Part shown: one piece after another, positions 1-8,553 of the stretch
Layout of the letters: every line of letters starts with the position of its first letter
Position numbering within the stretch: position 1 is the stretch's first letter
Source: an uncultured Muribaculaceae bacterium
GTDB lineage: Bacteria > Bacteroidota > Bacteroidia > Bacteroidales > UBA932
Reading direction: 5' to 3'
Assembly: GCA_964571395.1 (NCBI GenBank)
Contig: CAZNBA010000001.1
Location: 91-64,090, forward strand
DNA length: 64,000 nucleotides
Notes under the pieces: model-generated
The model's input: the letters and a program-made list of their open reading frames with translations, nothing else
Told to the model about the DNA's origin: nothing
Databases searched by the model: none
Translations under genes and position numbers: made by a program

Positions 1-446
1 TTTTCACAAATACAGCCTCTGCTACTTATTATGACTGGCTTAGTCCGCAAAATGGAACTCTTTGGAATTCGGGAACAGAAACAGTTCCTGTAAGAACAGA
101 GAACGATCCATGTCCTACAGGCTGGAGGATACCAACACAGACAGAATTATATGCACTGATTGGCAATGCAGATGGTAAAGGTAATTGGACTACAAAAGAC
201 GGCCAAAATGGAAGATGGTTTGATGGTACCACCGGCACCACCCAGACCTCCGGTGTCTTCCTTCCTGCTGCCGGCTTTTGGTACTATGTCGGAGATGGTT
301 ATAATAGGCTTACATATGGTACATATTGGTCAAGTACAAGTGTAAGTCAGAACGCATATTTCCTCTCTTTCTTTGATAGTGAAACAAAGATGAAAAATGA
401 TTTTGCCCGTGCATATGGATTGGCTGTTCGTTGTGTGAAGAACTGA
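1..446 (+). CDS. C-terminal fragment of a FISUMP (Fibrobacter succinogenes major paralogous, TIGR02145-type) domain protein; 5' end lies outside the window
   Basis: Frame 3 is open from the window edge to TGA 444-446. It is absent from the ORF track because it has no in-window start. The translation ...NDPCPTGWRIPTQTELYAL...GVFLPAAGFW...YWSSTS...AYGLAVRCVKN carries the DPCPxGWRxP, LPAAG and VRCV hallmarks of this domain. Confidence 0.7.
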   Translation, partial: FTNTASATYYDWLSPQNGTLWNSGTETVPVRTENDPCPTGWRIPTQTELYALIGNADGKGNWTTKDGQNGRWFDGTTGTTQTSGVFLPAAGFWYYVGDGYNRLTYGTYWSSTSVSQNAYFLSFFDSETKMKNDFARAYGLAVRCVKN

Positions 447-582
447 GTGCTGCTCCCGTTTAATTACATCAGATGCGCATGACTCTGTAAAAATGGCCGA
501 ATTTTTGTACGACTGCATATCGGCTTCTTAGCTTTAGGGATGACTAGCAGGTGCTTCCTAAAACATAAATATATTTAATAAT

Positions 583-1098
583 ATGAGAAAAATTCTTGTT
601 ATGATTTCCGCATTATTGTTGTGCGGAGTTCTCTCTGCCCAGAATGGGCAACCAAAGGCAGAAACAATTGCTAAAGTTGGTGAGATGGCCCCTGATTTTA
701 CCGTTACAATGTTTGATGGTAAGCAGATAAACATTGCCTCTTTAAGAGGTAAAGTTGTGCTTGTTGGTTTTTGGGCGACATGGTGTCCTCCATGTAATAT
801 GGAGATGTCGAGGGTACAGAAAGATATTTTTGAAAAATTTGAAGGGAAGGATTTTGTCTTCCTGCCTATATCAAGAGGCGAAACGCGTGATGTTGTTGCC
901 AAATGGTTGGAAAAGAAGGGTTATAAATTTAATGTCGGTTTAGATCCCGACAAAAAGATTTGGGATAAATTTGCTGTAAGCGGTGTGCCACGTAGCTATT
1001 TAATTGACAAGAGTGGTAAAATTGTAGAATTTGAACTCGGATATGAAGCTGAAAGTTTCGATAAAATGGTTGAGAAAATTGCACAAATGCTGAAATAA
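583..1098 (+). CDS. TlpA/ResA-like thiol-disulfide oxidoreductase (thioredoxin fold, AhpC/TSA family), secreted
   Basis: Signal peptide MRKILVMISALLLCGVLSAQ, active site WATWCPPC and GVPRSYLID near the C-terminus. Confidence 0.85.
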   Translation: MRKILVMISALLLCGVLSAQNGQPKAETIAKVGEMAPDFTVTMFDGKQINIASLRGKVVLVGFWATWCPPCNMEMSRVQKDIFEKFEGKDFVFLPISRGETRDVVAKWLEKKGYKFNVGLDPDKKIWDKFAVSGVPRSYLIDKSGKIVEFELGYEAESFDKMVEKIAQMLK

Positions 1099-1175
1099 TC
1101 CTCTCTTCAGCCGGTGCGGATCAATCTGATGTTGGATCAGGTTAATCTGCCGTAGTATTTGAGGCGAATTGATAT

Positions 1176-1207
1176 GGAGGTTGCACTATTGGTGAACCTC
1201 CTTTTTT
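1176..1207 (+). terminator. Intrinsic terminator downstream of the thioredoxin-like gene
   Basis: GGAGGTT (1176-1182) pairs with AACCTCC (1195-1201) around a 12-nt loop, followed by TTTTTT (1202-1207). Confidence 0.6.
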
Positions 1208-1209
1208 AT

Positions 1210-1217
1210 TATCTTTG
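1210..1217 (+). promoter_or_regulatory. Bacteroides-type -7 promoter box (TAnnTTTG) for ldcA
   Basis: Exact TATCTTTG, 23 nt upstream of ATG 1240. Confidence 0.45.
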
Positions 1218-1239
1218 CAGTCAATTATTATTCAGTGAT

Positions 1240-2172
1240 ATGATACATATTGAAAATTTTGTGCGCCCACCTTTCCTGAAAGCCGGTGATAGTGTTGGAG
1301 TTGTTGCCATTGCGTCTCAAGTTCAGGAGACACCTGAACAGGCCGGAATTATTCTCGACCGCATTCGTTCCTGGGGTCTCAATGTTAAATTGGGTAAACA
1401 TCTTTTCGACCGTTCAGGTGGGTATTTTCCTGCTTCTGATGCAGAACGTTCTGCAGATCTTCAGGCGATGATAGATGATCCCACCATTAAGGCTGTTATC
1501 TTTTACAGAGGCGGGTATGGCTCCGTGAGGACTCTCGATTATCTGAATCTCAATAAATTGCTCATTGCTCCCAAATGGTTTGTGGGGTTCAGTGATATCA
1601 CGGTAATTCATTATGCGTTGCAACACATCGGCTTGGAATCTATTCATGGAAATATGCCAAGTCTTTTTATTACAGATCTTTCTCAGAAAGATATCTCTGC
1701 CGAGTCTATGCGTGATGCCCTTTTCGGCAGAGTGTCGGAGTATCGCACCGCTCCTTTCAAATATAATCAGGAGGGCAGTGCTAAAGGTCGTCTGGTAGGT
1801 GGAAACATGGCTCTTATTGCTAATGTGAGTGCGACTGAAATAGATAATTTTTACGATACCCCTTCTATTTTATTCATGGAGGACATAGACGAAAATATTT
1901 ATGCTATAGATCGTCGCATGCAGATGTTTAAGAGAGCCGGAAAACTGAATAATATAAAGGGACTGATATTCGGCTATTTTACAAATACTTCAGGTGAGGA
2001 TAAATGGGGAAGTACGCTTCCGGAACTTCTGCACGAATATGCGCAGCAACTTGATATTCCTGTGCTGTTTAATTTTCCGAGCGGACACGAATTGCCTAAT
2101 TACAGTCTCTATCTCGGCAGAGAGGTAAATCTTACCGTCAGTGCCGATGGCGGAACGCTTTCATTCATTTAA
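1240..2172 (+). CDS. ldcA: LD-carboxypeptidase (peptidase S66, muramoyltetrapeptide carboxypeptidase-like)
   Basis: GFSDITVIH (nucleophile Ser), FMEDIDEN and FPSGHELPN motifs. The start is moved from TTG 1159 to in-frame ATG 1240 because 1176-1217 holds a terminator hairpin and a -7 box. Confidence 0.8.
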   Translation: MIHIENFVRPPFLKAGDSVGVVAIASQVQETPEQAGIILDRIRSWGLNVKLGKHLFDRSGGYFPASDAERSADLQAMIDDPTIKAVIFYRGGYGSVRTLDYLNLNKLLIAPKWFVGFSDITVIHYALQHIGLESIHGNMPSLFITDLSQKDISAESMRDALFGRVSEYRTAPFKYNQEGSAKGRLVGGNMALIANVSATEIDNFYDTPSILFMEDIDENIYAIDRRMQMFKRAGKLNNIKGLIFGYFTNTSGEDKWGSTLPELLHEYAQQLDIPVLFNFPSGHELPNYSLYLGREVNLTVSADGGTLSFI

Positions 2173-2181
2173 GTTGATTTT

Positions 2182-2820
2182 ATGGGGATTATTTATAATT
2201 TTCTTATTGAGTATTTTGAGATAATTGCTGCTATTCTTGGCTTTTTTTATGTGCTTCTCGAGGTGCTTCAGAAGAGTTGGATGTGGTATTTGTGGTTTTT
2301 TACCTCGATTGCCTATTTTTGGGTCTATGCACAAAATGATATTTATGCCATGATGTTGCTGCAAGTATATAATGCTTTCGTTTGTATCTATGGTATTATT
2401 CAGTGGAAGAGGACGAAAGAGAAGGTGCAGGGAAGTAAAAAATCGGGTTATAAAATTGGCGATGATAAGGAGGAAGAGGAGCTTCTTATTGTTCGTAAGC
2501 TGCATCCGAGAATGGCTATCTGGTCTGTAGTGGTCTCACTGGTTGTATTTGTTGGAATGGCTGTTATTCTCGATCTTTATACGGACGATGCAAGCCCATG
2601 GCTCGATTCCGGAGTAACCACATTGTGTATGCTTGCTACCTTTTATCTCAGCAGACAGAATATCGAAAATTGGTATGTGTGGATTGTATGCAATGTAATA
2701 TCGGTCTACTTTTATTTGAGCTTAAAGATGTATCCCACAGCAATTTTATATGTACTTTATGTTTTAATGGCGACTTGGGGACTGTTTCATTGGAAAAAGA
2801 AGGGGATAGAGGTTGACTAA
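2182..2820 (+). CDS. pnuC: Nicotinamide riboside transporter PnuC family
   Basis: 212-aa polytopic membrane protein rich in Trp and Tyr. N-terminal EIIAAILGFFYVLLEVLQKSWMWYLWF...IYGIIQWKR and C-terminal WGLFHWKKK match the PnuC pattern. Confidence 0.7.
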   Translation: MGIIYNFLIEYFEIIAAILGFFYVLLEVLQKSWMWYLWFFTSIAYFWVYAQNDIYAMMLLQVYNAFVCIYGIIQWKRTKEKVQGSKKSGYKIGDDKEEEELLIVRKLHPRMAIWSVVVSLVVFVGMAVILDLYTDDASPWLDSGVTTLCMLATFYLSRQNIENWYVWIVCNVISVYFYLSLKMYPTAILYVLYVLMATWGLFHWKKKGIEVD

Positions 2821-2834
2821 ATTGAGCCCTCTTT

Positions 2835-3317
2835 TTAATATCTTGTTTTATCCTCCTTTTCCTCCCATATTTTGAAGGCCTCTATGGCTTCAGTTCGCAT
2901 TATCTGGCAAATAGGAATAGCTCTGCACGCGTATGGTTTGGCAATTTCATCATAAATGAATGAGTCGTCAAAACTAATCTTTTTTGCATCATCCTTTGTG
3001 TTGCCGTAGTATATTTTAGAGATACCGGCCCAATATATTGCACTCAGGCACATCGGGCAGGGTTCGCATGAGGTGTATATTGTACATCCTTCCAATTTAA
3101 AAGTACCAATTTTTTTGCAGGCCTCTCTGATTGCCGATACCTCTGCATGAGCGGTAGGGTCGTTATTGGGGACTACTCTGTTCGCACCTGTGGCAATCAC
3201 CTTCCCCGCTTTCACAATAACTGCCCCGAATGGCCCGCCACCTTTTTCTATATTCTCTTTTGACAGCTCAATTGCCATCTGCATAAATTTCTTATCAGTC
3301 TCTTTCATGATAAACAT
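2835..3317 (-). CDS. guaD: Nucleoside/guanine deaminase (CMP/dCMP-type zinc deaminase), GuaD-like
   Basis: HAEV and CEPCPMC zinc motifs. GGGPFGAVIV near the N-terminus and FDDSFIYDEI near the C-terminus resemble B. subtilis-type guanine deaminase rather than TadA. The start could also be the Met 3 codons downstream. Confidence 0.65.
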   Translation of the reverse strand: MFIMKETDKKFMQMAIELSKENIEKGGGPFGAVIVKAGKVIATGANRVVPNNDPTAHAEVSAIREACKKIGTFKLEGCTIYTSCEPCPMCLSAIYWAGISKIYYGNTKDDAKKISFDDSFIYDEIAKPYACRAIPICQIMRTEAIEAFKIWEEKEDKTRY

Positions 3318-3380
3318 TTCTATTCAAATTTTTAGAAGCAATTTAAATAAAACTGCTCATAAAATTAAATTAATATGAGA

Positions 3381-3388
3381 CAAAAGTA
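3381..3388 (-). promoter_or_regulatory. Candidate -7 promoter box for the deaminase gene
   Basis: Plus strand CAAAAGTA equals minus strand TACTTTTG (TAnnTTTG), 64 nt upstream of ATG 3317. Confidence 0.35.
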
Positions 3389-3516
3389 AGTTTTTTATCT
3401 AATAATACGTAATAATATTTCTGAGTTTCCGGATGATCATATTATTACTCAGGAGACAGTTATGTAGTTTTCAAGTCGGTCAATTGGGCTATTTAAACAA
3501 GGCTGGTGTGTTATAG

Positions 3517-3555
3517 ATAAAGAGAGAGAGCCCATTATGGACTCTCTCTCTTTAT
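3517..3555 (-). terminator. Strong hairpin terminating the serC-serA-DUF1015 operon
   Basis: A perfect 14-bp inverted repeat, ATAAAGAGAGAGAG (3517-3530) with CTCTCTCTCTTTAT (3542-3555), lies 14 nt past the DUF1015 stop codon. The 3' arm is U-rich on the minus-strand transcript. Confidence 0.55.
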
Positions 3556-3568
3556 AATAATTTAAGTA

Positions 3569-4807
3569 TTAAAACTTATGAATGGTTATACCGCTTCTGA
3601 GTTTTGGTTCAAACCATGTTGTTTTAGGGGGCATAATATTACCTGTGTCGGCAATATTAATGAGTTGCTTCATGGAAACAGGATAAAGCGCAAAAGCTGC
3701 AACCATCTCTCCAGAATCTACTCTTCTCTTAAGTTCTCCGAGTCCACGGATACCACCAATAAAATCTATGCGTTTTGAGGTACGGAGATCTTTAATATCA
3801 AGTAGCTTATCAAATACAAGATTGGAAAGTACAGTAACATCAAGTACCCCGATAGGGTCGGAATCGTTGTAAGTCCCCTTCTTTGCAGTAAGAGAATACC
3901 ATGTGCCTCCCATATACATGGAGAAGTTATGTAGTCCTGTCGGATGAAAAATCTCTTTGCCCATCTCTTTAATATCGAAATCGGCTTTGAGTTTCTCCAT
4001 GAACTGCTCAGGGGTAAGACCGTTAAGATCCTTTACCACGCGATTGTAATCTATGATTTTAAGATGGCTTTCAGGAAATACCACAGCCATAAAGAAGTTG
4101 TACTCCTCGTTCCCGGTATGATGAGGATTCTGTTTTCTCTTCTCTTCTCCTACAAGAGCTGCAGCTGCTGTTCTATGGTGCCCATCAGCTACATAGAAGG
4201 CAGGAACAGTTGAGAAAATCTTGGTAATGCGAGCAATGGTTTCATCGTTGTCAATAACCCAGAAATGATGTCCAAATCCATCTTCTGCGATAAAATCATA
4301 TTCGGGTTTTTTGGTCTTTACCACATTATCTACAATTTCATTAATCTCTGAATTGTCGGGGTACGCAAAAAATACAGGTTCAAGGTTGGCACTCTGGATT
4401 CTTACGTGAATCATTCTATCCTCTTCCTTATCTTTGCGGGTAAGTTCATGTTTCTTAATCTTGCCTGTCATGTAATCCTCTACATTGGCGCAAACTACAA
4501 GGCCATATTGTGTTCTGCCCTCCATTGTCTGGGCATAAACATAATAGCACTCTTTAGGGTCTTGGACGAGCCAGCCCTTTTCTTGCCATTTCTTGAAGTT
4601 TTCTACTGCCTTATCATAAACTGGCTGTGAATGTTCGTCTGCGATAGGGTGAAAATCTATCTCCGGTTTAATTATATGTAGCAATGATTTTTCGCCTGCC
4701 TCTTCCTGAGCCTCTTTGGAGTTGAGAACATCATAAGGGCGTGAGGCAACATCTTTTACGATTGCCTTTGGTGGGCGTATTGCTGCGAAAGGTTTAACTT
4801 TTACCAT
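3569..4807 (-). CDS. DUF1015 family protein (function unknown)
   Basis: The N-terminus MVKVKPFAAIRPPK...SRPYDVLN is typical of DUF1015, and an internal ADGHHR motif is present. The start is moved from 4852 to ATG 4807 because 4825-4863 forms a hairpin. Confidence 0.7.
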   Translation of the reverse strand: MVKVKPFAAIRPPKAIVKDVASRPYDVLNSKEAQEEAGEKSLLHIIKPEIDFHPIADEHSQPVYDKAVENFKKWQEKGWLVQDPKECYYVYAQTMEGRTQYGLVVCANVEDYMTGKIKKHELTRKDKEEDRMIHVRIQSANLEPVFFAYPDNSEINEIVDNVVKTKKPEYDFIAEDGFGHHFWVIDNDETIARITKIFSTVPAFYVADGHHRTAAAALVGEEKRKQNPHHTGNEEYNFFMAVVFPESHLKIIDYNRVVKDLNGLTPEQFMEKLKADFDIKEMGKEIFHPTGLHNFSMYMGGTWYSLTAKKGTYNDSDPIGVLDVTVLSNLVFDKLLDIKDLRTSKRIDFIGGIRGLGELKRRVDSGEMVAAFALYPVSMKQLINIADTGNIMPPKTTWFEPKLRSGITIHKF

Positions 4808-4824
4808 AATTTTGTGATTTAAAT

Positions 4825-4863
4825 AAAGGCCGCTGTCTGCTATGTGTTGCATACGCGGCCTTT
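4825..4863 (-). terminator. Hairpin between serA and the DUF1015 gene (partial terminator or processing site)
   Basis: AAAGGCCGC (4825-4833) pairs with GCGGCCTTT (4855-4863), a perfect 9-bp stem. On the minus-strand RNA it is followed by UUUAUUUAAAU. Confidence 0.4.
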
Positions 4864-4881
4864 AAATATTATTATGAATGC

Positions 4882-5802
4882 TTATTTGTTAACTTGGAAT
4901 TTTTTGTTGCCTGTTTTGAAGAAATCAACAATCTGATTTGCAGCAGCAAGACCTGCATTGATGTTAGCCTCTGCAGTCTCAGCTCCCATCTTCTTAGGAG
5001 TTGCAAATACTCTGTTGCCGAATTTCTCCTTCAACTCAGCATAGTTTGCAGGAGCAATGTCTGTAATATATTTCAAATCCTCTCTCTCTGCAAGTACCTT
5101 TAATATTTCAGGCTCGTTGATAACCTCTTTTCTCGCTGTGTTTACAAGGCAACCGCCCTTTGGCATCTTTGAGAGGAGATTGTATCCGATAGAACCTTTG
5201 GTCTGGTCATTTGCGGGGATATGAAGGGAGATGAAGTTGGAGTTTGCATAGAGATCGTTAAGATCTTTTGCTACCCTGACACCCTCTTTTTCCATTGCCT
5301 CAGCAGGTACGAAAGGATCAAAAGCCATGATGTTCATTCCGAAACCTTTGGCAATGCCTGCAACCAATCTGCCAACGTGGCCGTAAGCTTGGATACCAAG
5401 AGTTTTGCCTTTTAATTCGGCACCCGTACCAGGTGTAAGTTGATTCCTGCTGATATAAACCATCATGCATAATGCCAATTCTGCAACTGCATTTGAGTTT
5501 TGTCCAGGAGTGTTCATTGCAACTATACCGCGTTCAGTGCAGGCTGCAAGATCGAGATTATCAAATCCTGCACCGGCTCTGACTACAATCTTAAGATTTT
5601 TTGCAGCAGCAATAACCTCTTTTGTAACCTTGTCTGAGCGTACTATAAGAGCATCTGCATCTGCAACTGCATCGAGAAGTTGCTTTGCTTCCGTATATTT
5701 TTCCAATTTGGCAAAATTATATCCTGCCTCTTCTACTATTTTTTTTATACCGTCAACCGCAACTTTTGAGAAGGGTTTTTCGGTTGCTACTAATACTTTC
5801 AT
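4882..5802 (-). CDS. serA: D-3-phosphoglycerate dehydrogenase (short form, D-2-hydroxyacid dehydrogenase family)
   Basis: 306 aa. NAD-binding segment GIQAYGHVGRLVA and the family pattern RAGAGFDNLD. It lies directly downstream of serC. Confidence 0.8.
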   Translation of the reverse strand: MKVLVATEKPFSKVAVDGIKKIVEEAGYNFAKLEKYTEAKQLLDAVADADALIVRSDKVTKEVIAAAKNLKIVVRAGAGFDNLDLAACTERGIVAMNTPGQNSNAVAELALCMMVYISRNQLTPGTGAELKGKTLGIQAYGHVGRLVAGIAKGFGMNIMAFDPFVPAEAMEKEGVRVAKDLNDLYANSNFISLHIPANDQTKGSIGYNLLSKMPKGGCLVNTARKEVINEPEILKVLAEREDLKYITDIAPANYAELKEKFGNRVFATPKKMGAETAEANINAGLAAANQIVDFFKTGNKKFQVNK

Positions 5803-5812
5803 GATTCACTGA

Positions 5813-6898
5813 TTATTTATGTAATTTTTCAAATTCCTGCATACATGCAACAAGAGCCTTTACAGCCTCAATAGGGCATGCATTGTAAAGAGAGGCTCTA
5901 AATCCTCCAACTGAACGGTGTCCTTTAATACCGATCATGCCGCGCTCCTTTGCAAATTTCATGAATTCGTCCTGAAGATTCTCGTGGCCAGGAGCCATAA
6001 CCCAGCAGTGGTTCATGATTGAACGATCCTCTTTGACAGCTGTTCCTACGAACATAGAGTTTCTGTCGATTTCATTGTAAAGAAGATCTGATTTCTCTTT
6101 ATTGATCTTGTTCATAGCCTCTACGCCACCAAGTTTCTTAACCCATTTCAAAGTCTCGTGCATTACAAAAATAGCAAATACTGGAGGGGTATTGAACATT
6201 GAGTTGTTTTTAGGCTCGTCACCGATATGAGTGCTATAGTTAACCATTGTCTGAAGTTTGCGGTCTACCTTTCCAAGAAGATCTTTGCGAACTATAACAA
6301 AAGTAACGCCTGCAGGACCTACGTTCTTTTGAGCACCACCGTAAATCATACCGTATTTTCTTACGTCAACCTTGCGGCTCATAATATCTGATGACATATC
6401 TGCGATAAGAGTTACAGGGCAGTTAATATCCTCTTTAATCTCTGTTCCGTAAATAGTATTGTTGGTTGTGATGTGGAAATAATCTACATCTGTAGGAATC
6501 TTGTATCCTTTTGGAACATAAGTGTAATTTTTATCCTCAGATGAAGCAACTACTTCTACCTCACCATATAATTTGGCCTCTTTGATAGCTTTTTTTGCCC
6601 AAACACCTGTCTGAAGGTATGCTGCTTTCTTGTTAAGGAAGTTTGCAGGAACCTCAAAGAACTGGGTTGATGCACCACCACCTACGAAAATAACTGCATA
6701 TTCCTGTGGAATATCCAAAAGATCTCTCCAAAGTTGTTCTGTCTCTGCCATTACGCGTTCCCAACCTGGAGTGCGGTGTGAAATTTCAAGCAGACCGATA
6801 CCTGTGTTGTCAAAATCTCTGATGGCAGCAATGGTCGCCTCAATTGCCTCTTTAGGCAATACGCAAGGACCTGCGTTAAAGTTATAAGCTGTTTTCAT
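5813..6898 (-). CDS. serC: Phosphoserine aminotransferase
   Basis: 361 aa. N-terminal [11 protein letters not shown] and overall SerC-like class V aminotransferase pattern ([18 protein letters not shown]). Confidence 0.9.
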   Translation of the reverse strand: MKTAYNFNAGPCVLPKEAIEATIAAIRDFDNTGIGLLEISHRTPGWERVMAETEQLWRDLLDIPQEYAVIFVGGGASTQFFEVPANFLNKKAAYLQTGVWAKKAIKEAKLYGEVEVVASSEDKNYTYVPKGYKIPTDVDYFHITTNNTIYGTEIKEDINCPVTLIADMSSDIMSRKVDVRKYGMIYGGAQKNVGPAGVTFVIVRKDLLGKVDRKLQTMVNYSTHIGDEPKNNSMFNTPPVFAIFVMHETLKWVKKLGGVEAMNKINKEKSDLLYNEIDRNSMFVGTAVKEDRSIMNHCWVMAPGHENLQDEFMKFAKERGMIGIKGHRSVGGFRASLYNACPIEAVKALVACMQEFEKLHK

Positions 6899-7092
6899 TA
6901 TTATTAATGTTTTAATTGGTGTATGATAACCCGCACGATAACCTCCCTGATATCACCTCCTGTGATTTGGGTTTAATTGTATCATGCACGGTGTCATAAT
7001 ATTAGTTAAATTTTTAAATGTTTATATTAAGTTTTAAACCAAATTACGTCAATTCTGTAATAAATTACCGCAAAATGATTCAAAATATTTTT

Positions 7093-7100
7093 CAAAGATA
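7093..7100 (-). promoter_or_regulatory. Candidate -7 promoter box for serC (implies a leader of about 185 nt)
   Basis: Plus strand CAAAGATA equals minus strand TATCTTTG. It is the only exact TAnnTTTG match between the pyrI stop (7132) and the serC ATG (6898). Confidence 0.35.
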
Positions 7101-7131
7101 GAAAATATTCTAATAATCCGTAACTAAAATT

Positions 7132-7611
7132 CTAATTTTTGCTAATAATTGTTAAATTCTCCGTATCAGTATCTTTTTCACAGTAGTGGCAATGAAGTTT
7201 TAGCGATCCGCCTATATTTCTTACCTCGAATTTTGTTGTAATTGGTTGGTGATTTGTGATACATTTGGGATTCATGCATTTTACCATTCCTGTAATCTCT
7301 TTTGGTACCTCGATAATCCTCTTCTCTGTTACCTCAAAATTTTTAATTATGTTTATCTTGGCCTGAGGAGCCACAAGAGAGATTTTGTTTATTTCATCAT
7401 CCTCAAAATATCTGCCGGCAATTTTTACTATTGCCTTTTTCCCCAGTAATTTACTCTCGAGATTTGTCCCGAATGTCATCTGGTTGCCGCATTCGTTCAA
7501 ATGCAGAATATCTATCACCCTGAAAAGTTGGTTGGCAGGTATATGGTCAAGTACGGTGCCCTCTTTGATGGCACTGACTTTAAGTTCTTTTCCGTTATTT
7601 GATTTTTCCAT
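7132..7611 (-). CDS. pyrI: Aspartate carbamoyltransferase regulatory subunit
   Basis: 159 aa. C-terminal zinc cluster CMNPKCITNH...CHYCEK. It lies directly downstream of pyrB. Confidence 0.9.
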   Translation of the reverse strand: MEKSNNGKELKVSAIKEGTVLDHIPANQLFRVIDILHLNECGNQMTFGTNLESKLLGKKAIVKIAGRYFEDDEINKISLVAPQAKINIIKNFEVTEKRIIEVPKEITGMVKCMNPKCITNHQPITTKFEVRNIGGSLKLHCHYCEKDTDTENLTIISKN

Positions 7612-7647
7612 TTTTACTTTTTTTAAACCATTTGTAGTCCAATCTCT

Positions 7648-8553
7648 TTATTTGTATCCGAGCAGGTAGGCAATAATAGCCATTCTTATGTACATACCGT
7701 TTTCGGCCTGTTTAAAGTAGTAAGCATAAGGGGTATCATCTACATCTTGTGCTATTTCATTTACTCTTGGCAGCGGATGAAGTATCTTCATGTTTGGCCT
7801 GGCTCCTGTCAGCATCTCCGCGGTTAATCTATAGACATTTTTAACCTTTTCGTATTCCATTGGATCGGAAAATCTCTCCTGTTGTACTCGAGTCATATAC
7901 AGAATATCAACATCGTTAATAGAACTGTTTAGATCCGTTGTCTCCATGTACGGAATGCCCTTTTCAATCAGAAACTCCTTGTATTCTTCAGGCATACCCA
8001 ACTCTTCCGGTGCCGTAAAGGTGAATTTGGGTGAAAAGTGTGAGAGAGCCTGTAGCAGGGAGTGTACCGTACGTCCGTATTTGAGGTCTCCCACCATATT
8101 AATTGAGATGTTGTCTATTCTGTTTTGTGTCTGTTTAATGGTGTACAGGTCCAACAAGGTTTGCGAAGGGTGTTGGTTGGCACCGTCACCGGCATTTACC
8201 ACAGGAACCGAGGCTACCTCTGAGGCATATCTCGAACTGCCCTCCAGCGGGTGTCTCATCACAATCAAATCTACATAGTTGGAGACCATTTTTATAGTGT
8301 CTTTGAGGGTTTCTCCCTTGCTTACGCTGGTATTGCCGGCATCTGAGAATCCAATAACTCTGGCTCCTAGTCTGTTTGCAGCAGTTTCAAAACTGAGTCT
8401 TGTTCTTGTGGAGGGCTCAAAAAAGAGGCTGGCTACAACTTTTCCTTGCAGGATATTTTGGGATTTATTTTTCTCAAATTCCTGTGCCACATCGAGAATG
8501 TGCAGAATCTCCTCTTTAGTAAAATCGTGAATTGAAATTAGGCTTTTTGGCAT
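7648..8553 (-). CDS. pyrB: Aspartate carbamoyltransferase catalytic subunit
   Basis: STRTR, HPSQ and HPLPR motifs. Confidence 0.95.
   Translation of the reverse strand: MPKSLISIHDFTKEEILHILDVAQEFEKNKSQNILQGKVVASLFFEPSTRTRLSFETAANRLGARVIGFSDAGNTSVSKGETLKDTIKMVSNYVDLIVMRHPLEGSSRYASEVASVPVVNAGDGANQHPSQTLLDLYTIKQTQNRIDNISINMVGDLKYGRTVHSLLQALSHFSPKFTFTAPEELGMPEEYKEFLIEKGIPYMETTDLNSSINDVDILYMTRVQQERFSDPMEYEKVKNVYRLTAEMLTGARPNMKILHPLPRVNEIAQDVDDTPYAYYFKQAENGMYIRMAIIAYLLGYK

Noticed and set aside
29-345. Track ORFs 29-241 (minus) and 160-345 (plus) at the window start.
   Set aside because: Both overlap the open frame-3 reading frame that carries clear FISUMP-domain motifs up to TGA 446. They are spurious alternatives.
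3521-3550. (GA)5 and (CT)5 tracts, considered as a microsatellite or CRISPR-like repeat.
   Set aside because: They are the two arms of a single perfect inverted repeat (3517-3555) placed directly after a stop codon, so this is a terminator hairpin and not a repeat array.
6941-6960. GGAGG-type sequences in the serC leader, considered as Shine-Dalgarno sites.
   Set aside because: They lie 40-60 nt from the ATG, and Bacteroidota generally do not use SD-dependent initiation. I kept them only as part of the direct-repeat observation.
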